A stretch of 64,000 nt of DNA from the human T2T-CHM13v2.0 reference genome, Homo sapiens, in NCBI RefSeq assembly GCF_009914755.1, contig NC_060947.1. One strand, given 5' to 3'. A program made the position numbers and the translations under genes. Within the stretch, counting starts at the first letter, position 1, and every line of letters starts with the position of its first letter. Positions 12,656 to 31,067 of this stretch are shown here, piece by piece. The notes below the pieces were generated by a model that saw only the letters and a list, made by a program, of their open reading frames with translations, was not told the DNA's origin and did no database searches.

Positions 12656-12945
12656 GGTCTCACTCTGTAGCCCAGGCTCGAGTGCAGTGGCATGATCACT
12701 GCTCACTTCAACCTCAACTTCCTGGGCTCAAGTAATCCTTCCACCTCAGCCTCCCAAGTAGCTGGGACCACAGGCAAGTGCTACCACGTCTGGCTTATTT
12801 TATTTTATTTTTTACTTTATTTTATTTTGAGAGAAAACATTTCTTTATGTTGCCTAGGCTAGTCTCAGACTCCTGGGCTCAAGAGATCCACCCTCCTGGG
12901 CCTCCCAAAGTGCTAGGATTACAGGCATGAGACACCACGCCTAGC
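12656..12945 (-). mobile_element. AluJ inside Charlie1
   Basis: ggtctcactctgtagcccaggct...cctgggctcaag...cctcccaaagtgctaggattacaggcatgag. Confidence 0.92.
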
Positions 12946-13202
12946 AGCAAACTTTTTCTAAATGTCAAATTTATTAACATTGTCTAAAATTTCACATTGA
13001 AACTACCTTATCTATTGCAACTAACACTTACCAAGTTTTGGTAAAGTATTAAAGGGGAATATCCACAATTTTCTAAAAAAGTTATTAGAATAATACTTTT
13101 TCCAACTATATATCTGTGTGAGGCTGGAGTTTCTTTATATATTTAAAGTAAAACAACATACGGAAAAGATTGAATGAAGAAGCACATAAAAGAATCCAGC
13201 TG

Positions 13203-13598
13203 TGTTGTGGTCACACCAAAGAGATGGGATGGGCACTCCACCCAAATGTGGTTTGAATGTTGAGACTAACCATGCCACACATGCACCAAAAAGGTTTGCA
13301 AAAATTTATGACATGTATAATGAGGCTCTCTGGAGAGAGCAAGAGTGGCTCCCAAGCAGGTCCAAAAATGAACTGAGAAACCAAGGAGGGGTGAATGGTC
13401 ATGGCTATTCTTTTATTTAGGGAATTGGGACTGTACCAGAGATTATGGGCTTTGAACTTCCCACTGGTGCCAAAGGGTGAGTGCATATGCTTTCTTATCA
13501 GCTTTCCCAGATGTGAGACAAGAGGAGGAAAGAGAAAGATGAAGCTTGAAAGCTGTGAATAGTCACACATTAAAAATAGAATGAGATTGTTCCTTTAA
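13203..13598 (-). mobile_element. Solo LTR, MER54-like (ERVL)
   Basis: gctttcttatcagctttcccagatgtg...gcttgaaagctgtgaatagtcacacattaaaaat matches the reverse complement of the recalled MER54 5' end. Confidence 0.7.
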
Positions 13599-13819
13599 AG
13601 TTCTTTTCCATTGTACAAGCTATTCCAAAGATTTGCAAAAATAGTAAAACAATGCCACTCTTATCGCAATTTTTTTGGTTAGAAAAATATAGATTTTATA
13701 AAATGTCAGTTATTTATGTTAACATATAATGGGTTTATTATAATCACTTTTAAATAACAATTTTAAAAATAAATTTTAATTAAATTGATATAAAATTAAA
13801 TTATTAAAAATAAATATTA

Positions 13820-16745
<2,926 letters not shown>

Positions 16746-17261
16746 ATATTTTGTTAAATAGAGAAAACACATTTTTCAACTCAGAATTTTAATTTTAATT
16801 TTAATATGGGAAATATTAATAAATAAGATTTACAAAATGAAAGATTTTTATAAACTCATTTTTTTGAGATTGAAGAAAGTTCTTGAGATCAAAGCATTTG
16901 AATATAATCCTAGATATTTTTAGTGTAACATACTTCCCATAGAATTATTTATCTTTTCCTTTGCTTATCAGTGATATATACCTGTCCGTGAAATGAAATC
17001 TCATGTTGAGCCCCTATATATAAAACAAATTTAATATGAAATATTTTGATGGAAGATGAGCTGGGGCCTGTCCTCCTTCTCCCCTTTTGGTAATCTTATG
17101 GTTTTATGAAACACTATTTAAAAACAACTGTTTTAGGGTTTCAGAAAATAAAAGTGTTATATGAGCTTGATTGCTTTTTGACAAACTATCTTACCATTTG
17201 ACTTTATTTTCCAATGAAAGTTTCCATATATTTGGTTTAAGTTAAATTCATCATCATTATA

Positions 17262-20485
<3,224 letters not shown>

Positions 20486-20554
20486 TCAGTCTCCAACAGT
20501 GAGAACCCATTCTTTCCTACAATTTGGCAATCTCCTATAATATTTTGTTTACCT

Positions 20555-21110
20555 ACACTTAAGATGCAACAATTCCACTGCTGTTTCACTGTATCCTGTG
20601 AATGTATCTAACCATTTACAAAGAATTTGAAGGTACAGGAAAGCTCATTGACACAACGGTTTCAGTTCCAAAAGCGAGAAAAATTATCCTAAATGTATAG
20701 TTAACAGAGGACTGCTTAAATAAAATATGGCAGATACATATGGTGGGAAGCTATGTAGAACTTAACCAATAAGACAGATATATAGACATATTATACAGTA
20801 TATTAAGTGGGTAAATAACATTCTAGAATAGTTTGTACAATATAATTCTTTCTTTACAAATTAAAAACTTACATGAGAAAAATTAACCCATAATCAAAGT
20901 TAAAAGACCAATGAAAAACTACTTTTAATAATCTGTACTACGTGCGATAAAGGGCAAATATCCACAACATATAAAGAGTCCTTTAAAAAAATTAAATTTA
21001 GGAGGTAATGAAAGAGGGAGGGAAGGTGGAGGATGTGGGTTGAAAAACTATCTATACTATGTTCATTATCTGGATGATGGAACCATCCATACCACAAACC
21101 TCCATACAGA
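20555..21110 (+). mobile_element. Three short old L1 fragments (L1ME 3' end, ORF2 piece, L1PA-type 3'UTR piece)
   Basis: caacaattccactgctg...aaataaaatatgg; gataaagggcaaatatccacaacatataaagag; gggttgaaaaactatctatactatgttcattatctggatgatgg. Confidence 0.6.
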
Positions 21111-21119
21111 GTTTTTGTG

Positions 21120-21392
21120 CCTATACTCATGACTCGCACCTGTAATCCCAGTACTTTGAGAGACCAAGGTGAGAGGATCGCCTGATCCCAAGAGTTTGAG
21201 ACCAGCCTGGGAAACATGGGACAATAAATGCATAAATAAATAAATACATAAATATTAGCTTGTTGTGGTGGTACATGCCTGTAGTCTCAGCTACTAGGGA
21301 GGCTGAAGGGTGAAGATCTCTTGAGCTCTAGAGGCTGAGGCACAGTGAATGCTGATCATGCCACTGCACTCTAGCCTGAGTGACAGAGGAGA
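21120..21392 (+). mobile_element. AluJ, tail missing
   Basis: cacctgtaatcccagtactttgagagacc...gccactgcactctagcctgagtgacagaggagac with no poly-A. Confidence 0.9.
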
Positions 21393-21645
21393 CTGTAGAG
21401 CAATGGCGCAAATGCAGCTCACTGCAGCATCTGCCTCTTGGGCGCAAATGATCCCCCCACCTCAGCCTCCTAAGTAGCTGGGATCATAGGTGTCAGTCAC
21501 CATGCCTAGCCATTTTAAAAAAACTTAGTAGAGATAGGGTTTCACCATGTTGCCCAAGCTTGTCTTAAACTCCTGGGCTCTAGCGATCTGCCTGCTTGGC
21601 ATCCCAAAATGCAGGGCTTAGAGGCGTGAGCCACCATTTCCAACC
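21393..21645 (-). mobile_element. AluJ, tail missing, fused tail-to-tail with the previous Alu
   Basis: gagcaatggcgcaaatgcagctcactgcagc...ctcctgggctctagcgatct...gcgtgagccacc. Confidence 0.9.
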
Positions 21646-21656
21646 TAAAAAAGTAA

Positions 21657-23608
<1,952 letters not shown>

Positions 23609-24815
23609 ACTTTCATTACATAATGGTAAAGGGAACGATTCTAGAAGAAGAGCTAACTATTCTAAATATATACGCACCAAATACAGGAGAACTCAGATTC
23701 ATAAAACATGTTCTTAGAGACCTACAAAGAGACTTAAACTTCCAGACAATAATAGTGGAAGACTTTAACACCCCACTGTCAATGTTAGATGGATCAATGA
23801 GACAGAAAATTAACAAGGATATTCAGGACTTGAACTCAGCTCTGGATCAAGTGGACCTAGTAGACTCTACAGAACTGTCTACCCCAAGTCAACAGAATAT
23901 TCATCCTTCTCAGTGCCACATGGCACTTATTCTAAAATCGACCACATAATTGGAAGTAAAATACTCCTCAGCAAATGCAGAAGAACTTACATCATAACAA
24001 ACAGTCTCTCAGACCACAGTGCAATCAAATTAGAACTCAGGATTAAGAAACTCACTCAAAAGCACACAATTTCATGGAAATTGAGCAACCTGCTCCTGAA
24101 TGACTCCTGGCTAAATAATGAAATTAAGGCAGAAATCAAGAAGTTCTTTGAAACCAATGAGAACAAAGACACAATGTACCAGAATTTCTGGGACACAGCT
24201 AAAGCACTATTAAAAGGGAAATTTATAGTACTAAATGCCCACATCAGGAAGTTAGATCTAAAATAGACACCCAAACATCACAATTAAAAGAGCTAGAGAG
24301 GCAAGGGCAAACTAATCCAAAAGCTAGCAGAAGGCAAGAAATAACTAAGATCAGAGAAAAATTGAAGCAGATGGAGACATGAAAAACCCTCCAAAAAGTC
24401 AACAAATCCAGGAGCTGTGTTTTTTTTAAAAATTAACAATCTAACAAAAATTAGCAGTCTAGATAGACTGCTAGCTAGACTAATAAAGAAGAAGAGAAAG
24501 AAGAATCAAGTATACACAATAAAAAATGATAAAGGTAATATCACCACCGACCCAGCAGAAATACAAACTACCATCAGAGAATACTATAACACCTCTATGC
24601 ATGTAAACTAGAAAATCTAGAAGAAATGAATGAACTGCTGGACCCATACAACCTACCAAGACTTAACCAGGAAGAAGTCAAATCCCTGAATAGACCAATA
24701 AGAAGCTCTGAAATTGAGGCAGCAATTAATACCTACCAACCACAAAAAGACCAAGACCAGGCAGATTCACAGCTGAATTCTACCAGAAATACATAGAGGA
24801 GCTGGTATCATCCTG
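23609..24815 (+). mobile_element. L1PA ORF2 endonuclease-region fragment
   Basis: HYIMVKG..LTILNIYAPNTG..DFNTPLS; [26 protein letters not shown]. Confidence 0.9.
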
Positions 24816-24819
24816 ACAC

Positions 24820-24935
24820 CAAAACTCATTACCGTGGGGAGGACCCCAAAACATTCATGAAGGACCCAAGCAACTCTGTCTGAATTCCACCTTCAACATT
24901 ATTAAGGATTACATTTCAACATGAGGTTGGAATGA
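24820..24935 (-). mobile_element. MST (MaLR) LTR fragment
   Basis: actcattaccgtggggaggacc...cattcatgaagga...ccaccttcaacatt...ggattacatttcaacatgag. Confidence 0.65.
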
Positions 24936-26926
24936 AGGTTATCCTATGTTCATGGAATAAAAGACTTAATACCATTAAGATGTCGATACTACCCAAAACA
25001 ATCTACAGATTTAAGGTAATTGATATCAAAATACCAACGCTGTTTTTTTCAAAAATAGAAAAATCTCCATCTTAAAATTCACATGGAATCTCAAAGGAGT
25101 CTAAATAATCAAAGAAATATTGGAGAACAAAACTGAAGTTCTCACACTTCCTGATATCCAAAGTTTTTACAAAACTACAGTATGCAAGACATTGTGGTCC
25201 TAGTGTAAAGACAGACACATAGACCAATGGAAAGTAACAGATATCCCAGAAATGCATCTTTCCATATATGGTCAAATGATTTTTGACAAGGTTGCCGAGA
25301 TCATTTAATGGGGAAAGGAGACTGTTGAGAAAACTGGATGTATAAATGCAAAAGAATAAAGTTCCATCCTTATCTTACAATATACAAAAATTAAGTCAAA
25401 AAAAAAAACCTTAAACGTAAGAGCTAAAGCTATAAAACTCAGATTTACGCAAAGGGGGAAAAATTTACATAACTGAATTTGGCAATGATTTCTCAGATAT
25501 GACACCAAAAGCACAAGCAACAAGAGCAAAAAATAGCCAAACTGAAATACAACAAAATTAAAAAATTGTTTACATCAAAGGACACAATCAATACAGTGAA
25601 AAGGCCACCTACAAAATGAGAGACAATGTTTGAAAATCGTGTATCTGTTAAGGGATAATACTCAGAACATATAGAATGCTCCTGCAATTCAAGAACAACA
25701 GCATAACAATCTATTTTAAAACTGGGCAATATATTTTAATCAATATATATCTGAAGACAATATACAAATAACCACAATGAAAAGATGCTCAACATTACTG
25801 ATTTAGGATGGCAAATATAATAAAAATTAATAGTAATAATAATAATGGAGGGATTGCTGAGTCCTGTGGTAGGTCTATTTTTACTTTCTTCAGGAATCTT
25901 TATACTGCTTTCCACAATGGCTACACCAATCTACATTCCCACCAACATTACCACTGTACAAGGGTTGTTTTTTCACCACACCCCTGCCAACACTTGTTAT
26001 CTTGTCTTTTCGATAATAGCCATCCTAACAGCAGTGAGGTATTATCTCGTTGTGGTTTTGGTTTGCATTCCCCTTATTATTATTGATGTTAAGTATATTT
26101 TTATTTATCTGTCAGCCATTTTTATGTATTCTTTGGAGAAATATATAGTCTGGATCTTTGTTTATTTTTATTTGGGTTATTACCTTTTTTTTGCTATTGA
26201 TTTGTGTGAGTTCCTTCTATCTTTCGGAAATTAATCCCCTACTAATTATATAGTCCACAAATATTTTTCCCATTATTTAGGCTACTTTCTTAATTTGTTG
26301 ATTGTTTTCTTTACTGGGCAGAAGTGTTTGTTTTTAGTTTGACAAGTTTATACTTGTTTATTTTTGTTTTTGTACCTGTATTTTTGCTGTCCTGTCCAAA
26401 AATTTATTGTCGAGATCAATGTCAAGAAGTTGTTTGCTGTGTTTTAATCAAGAAGTGTTGCAGTTTTAGGTCTTACGTTTAGTTATTTAATCCCATTTTA
26501 GTTGATTTTTGGTTATAGTGTAAGATAAAGCTGCAATTTTATTATTTTGCATGTGGATATTCAGTTTTTTCATCATCGTTTGCTGAAGAGATTAGCTTTT
26601 CCCTTCTGTGTCTTCTTGCTGCCCTCGTCAATAACTAGTTGACAATATATGCTTAGGTTTATTTCTTGGCTCTCTATTCTGTTCTATTGGTCTCTGTGTT
26701 CATTTTTATGCTAGCACCACACTATTTTGATTACTATAACTTTGTAGTATGAATTGAAATAAAGAAGTGTGATGCCTCCACCCTTGTTCTTTCTTAGAAT
26801 TGTTTTGGCTTTTCTGGGCCTTTTATGTTTCCATACAAATTTTAGAACTTTTTTTTCTATTTCTGTAAAAAAATTCATTGGAATTTTGACATGGGTTGTA
26901 TTGCATCTGTATATCACCTTGGCTAG

Positions 26927-27383
26927 TGCCTTAGTTCAATTGTGCTGCTATAACAAAATATGTGAGACTGAGTAATTTATAAACATCAGAAATTTATTTC
27001 TCACAATTCTGGAGGATGAAAAGTCTAAAACCAAGGTGCTGGCAGTTTTTGCCTCCGTTCAAGGCCTACTTTTCATATATGACACCATCTAAGTGTCCTC
27101 ACATGGCAGAAAGGATGGAAGAGCAAAAAAGAACAAATGGTGTGTCCTCACATGGCAGAAAGGATGGAAGAGCAAAAAAGAACAAATGGTGTGTCCTCAC
27201 ATGGCAGAAAAACAAAAGAGTGAACTTATTTATTCAAACCTTTTTGTAAGGGCCCGAATTCCATCCATGAGGGCTTTGCTTTCATAACTTAATTAAATTT
27301 TAAAGATTGCACCTCTTAATACTATCATATGGGCCATTAAGTTTCAACTCATGATTTTAGGGAGACACGTTCAGACCATAGCA
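26927..27383 (-). mobile_element. MST (MSTC/D-like) MaLR solo LTR
   Basis: tgccttagttcaattgtgctgctataacaaaata...aaatttatttctcacaattctggagg...acgttcagaccatagca. Confidence 0.85.
27093..27210. repeat. Perfect 49-bp tandem duplication (2.4 copies)
   Basis: gtgtcctcacatggcagaaaggatggaagagcaaaaaagaacaaatggt at 27093 and 27142, first 20 nt again at 27191. Confidence 0.95.
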
Positions 27384-28907
27384 GAGAGTATGGACATTTT
27401 AACAATATTGATTCTTACAATACATGAATACAGGACATCTTTCTATTTATTCATGATTGTTTCAATGTCATTCATCAATGTTTTATAATTTTCAGTGCAC
27501 AGATTTTCTACTTCCTTGGTTAAATTTATTCCTCAGTATTTTATTCTTTTCAATGCTATTGTAAATGAGATTATTTTCTTGATTTCTTTTTTGGATAGGT
27601 CATTATTGATGTAAATAAATGCAAGTGATTTTTGTATGCTGATTTTCTATCCTGACACTTTACTGAATTCATTTACTAGTTCTAACTGTACTCAATTTTG
27701 GAGTCTTAGGGTTTTCTACATATAGAATCTTATCATCTGCAAATATAGCTTTTACTCTTCCTTTCTGATTTCAAGGCCTTTTTTTTCCTTAATTGATTGC
27801 TCTTGCTAGAACTTCTAGTACTATTTTGAATAGAAGTGGCAAGAATGGGCATCCTTGCCTTGTACCAGATATTAGTTTTTCCCCATTGATTATGATGTTA
27901 ACTCTGGGATTTTCACAAATGGCTTTTATTATGTTGAGACACTTCCTTTTCCTTGAGTATTTTTATCATAAAAGATTGTTGATTTTTTGTTAATTACTTT
28001 TTTGTACCTATTGAGATAATATTATGATCTATCTTTTTTATTACATTAATGAGATATATTTCACTCCCTCTTTTGCTTATATGCCCAAAGGAAATGAAAT
28101 CACCACCTTAGAAATGTGTCTGCACTCTCATGTTCATTGCATCATTATTCACAACAGCCAAATTACGGAGACAATATGTGTCCACTGATGGGTGAACAGA
28201 TTTAAAAAATCATGGTGTATATATAAAATGGAATATTATTCAGCCTTAAGGAGGAACAATATTCTGCTTTTGTGACAACATGGATGAACCTAGAGAAGAT
28301 TGTGTTAAGTGAAGTAAACCAGATAAATAAAAATATTGCATAATCTCACCTATATGTAGAATCTACATCTATATATCTGTATTTTTATCTATATCTATAC
28401 ATATTTAATACATAAAAACAGAGAGTAGAATGTGGTTAACAGGGGCAGAGAGGGGTAGGTAACAGGGAAATGTAGGACTAAAGGTAAAAAGTTGTCTTAT
28501 AGAATGAATAAGTCTAGAGATCTAATGTACAGCTTTAGAATTATAGTTAATATTATTGGATTATATACTAATTATATTGTATTATACACTAATTATACAA
28601 TATAGTTACTGTATTATATACTAATTATTTAATATAATTATTGTATTATATACTATTATAAAGAGTAGATTGTAGGTATTCTTACCACAAAGAAAGAAAA
28701 TTATGTGGGATGATGTATATGTTAATTTTCTGGACTGTAGTAAGCAGTTCACTATGTGTATATATCTATATCTATATATATCAAAACATTATGAAGTACC
28801 TCTTAAATATATACAGTAATTAAATAAAATAACAATTGTTGATGAGGATGTAGAGAAATTGGTACATTTTTGCTTTTGTTAGTGGAGATGTAGAATGGTG
28901 CAGTCAC

Positions 28908-29011
28908 TTGATGGGTGCAGCAAACCACTATGGCACATGTATACCTGTGTAACAAACCTGCATGTTCTGCACATGTATCCCAGAACTTAAAGTATAATAA
29001 TTAAAAAAAAA
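28908..29011 (+). mobile_element. ~100-bp L1PA 3' tip insertion
   Basis: ttgatgggtgcagcaaaccac...cccagaacttaaagtataataattaaaaaaaaa. Confidence 0.88.
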
Positions 29012-29124
29012 TTATGGTGGTACCTAAAATAATTAAAGCAGAATTGTAGAATGACCATGTGATTCAGCAATTCAATTTCTTGATATATATTAAAAATAAT
29101 TTAAATCACAGTCTGAAAGAGAAA

Positions 29125-29390
29125 ACATTATGGTAAAATAAACGCAACATAAAATTTCTCATCTTAATCATTTTAAGTGTATATTTCAGTAATATTAAGT
29201 ATATTCACAGTATTGTACAACCAATCTCAAGAACTTTTTTAATGTTGCAAAACTGAAACTTTTTACCATTTAAACAACAATGTTTCAAACCTCCCTCTCC
29301 AGCCCCTGGCATCACCATTCTACTTTCTGTCTCTGAGAATCTGACTACTTTAGGTAGCTCATAAAAAAGGAATTATATAGTCTATGTGTT
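29125..29390 (-). mobile_element. L1MB 3' end fragment
   Basis: aacataaaatttctcatcttaatcattttaagtgtata...cagcccctggcatcaccattctactttctgtctct. Confidence 0.8.
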
Positions 29391-30703
29391 TCTCCAGAAT
29401 GTGAGAAATTGCATACTTTGACCAGCCTACTCTAGTGTGGGGATGTGAGGAATCGAATTTAAAAATAACAAAATGGAGATGTAGAAAAATATCAACACCC
29501 ATTTGTTTAAAGCAAAAATTTTTGTGCAAGAAAAACAAGCAGTTGTCTTATTAATTTTTATTAAACATTATTAATAACACCTCTTACAACCAGTCCAAAT
29601 CTCCCAAAAAGAGTGTATCCCAAAGTCATACCACCTAGCTGAAGTGAGTTCCAGAAAATTCAATAAAAAGTTTGGCAATTATGTATAAGCTTCTGACTTT
29701 GAATCTAAGTTTTGTTGTTATTTGATGGTTTTTGTTAGTTTGTTTGCATACTAACACATATCTCTAGAATTCCAGAGGTGAGAGGAATGCTGGAGATATG
29801 CAACACCATGAGAGAGTGATGAAAATACAAACTGAAGGTTTATGGATAGAACAGGAAATATGCTTATGGATTGGGGATGTAAAACTATAGGGAAGCAGCT
29901 AAAAGTATGATTGCACCTTTAATTTATTTGGGAGTGTCCAGTGAATGGTCATGAAATATGCTGAGGTCACTCTCCAAAAAAAAACAGCAATGGACAAGTT
30001 GGACATGGAACACATTAAGACAAGAATGCAGGCTGGGCTTTGAATAAGACCAATAGTGGGTGAAGTAAATGGGGAGAGAATCAAATGAGGTGAAGGGCAA
30101 GGAACTAAAATTCTAAAAAAAAAAAAAAATGTACAGTCAAGAAACAGCCCAAGGTCAGGATAGAAGATCAGACTAAAAGACAACCTGGATAGTAAAGATC
30201 AGATCTTAAATTTTACTCAGGAATTGAGTTAACTGTGCCACTAGAGCCAAGACCAAGTTGTGACACCTAACTAAGGGAAAGGCACTCTCCACAATGAGAA
30301 GAAACAAAGAATTTGTTAGGCAGCTTCCATGTGCCAGACAATGTACGGGGAGATTTACATGCATTATCTCATTTAACCCTAAGAAAATCCTACAAGATAA
30401 ATATTATCATGAAAACATATTTTTCACAATTTCAAAATCGATGTTGTTACTTGTTTTCTGAGCTACCTCTCTAATTCCTTCAGATGAAAAAGGTATGATT
30501 GAAAGAAATAGATAAGGGGATGGATAACAGCATCCTCTCAGAAGCGTAAAAAATCCATTATAATTTGTCCAAAATCATTAACTCCTTGATGGTCTACAAG
30601 TTCTAAATTTGTATTTTATGCACTGGATTATGTCCCCTAAAATTTATTTGTATAGCTCTACCCCCCAGTACCTCAGAATGTGATTGTATTTGAATATACA
30701 GTC

Positions 30704-31067
30704 TTTTTTTTTTACATTGGTAGAAGATGATTATTTTTATCTCACTATTGCAGGCAAGATCAAGCCTTGCACTGGTTAAAAACACAAATTTCTGGGCTTA
30801 AAACCAGATGCATGGTTATCAGAATATCCAGAGAGCCTTGGAAAGCTGCATGTTTAACAAGCATCCCAGGTGATTCACATCAGCAGAGAAGTTAGGAGAA
30901 AATTCTGAGAGACAGCGTTTCTCAATGTGGATGCACAGTAGAATCCCCTAGGAAGAACCCATTCAATAAGATCTTAGTTTATTGGTCTGGGGCTAGTTCT
31001 TATTGTTTGTTTGATTGGTTTGTTGGTTGGTTGGTTGCTTTGTTGCTTGGTTAGTCTCTTAGTTGCT
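30704..31067 (-). other. Candidate L1 3'-transduced segment with its own poly(A), containing MER5-like pieces
   Basis: T10 at 30704-30713 then ~350 nt of non-L1 DNA lying between the L1 3' end and the TSD. Confidence 0.75.

Larger units (their letters stand above)
25845..28830 (+). mobile_element. L1MA with 5' inversion (inverted part about 25845-28055, sense 3' part about 28060-28830)
   Basis: Minus-strand ORF2 starting at the cagcaatccctc position and sense sequence resuming at the same consensus position, followed by L1MA 3'UTR and A-rich tail. Confidence 0.8.
24940..29120 (+). mobile_element. Old L1M(B) host element (about 24940-25830 and 28830-29120) interrupted by younger insertions
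   Basis: ORF2 3' sequence breaks at ggatggcaaatataataaaaa and resumes at ataacaattgttgatgaggatgtagagaaattgg. Confidence 0.75.

Noticed and set aside
27093-27210. CRISPR-like repeat-spacer array
   Set aside because: The two spacers are identical, so it is a tandem duplication in a mammalian LTR; no cas genes.
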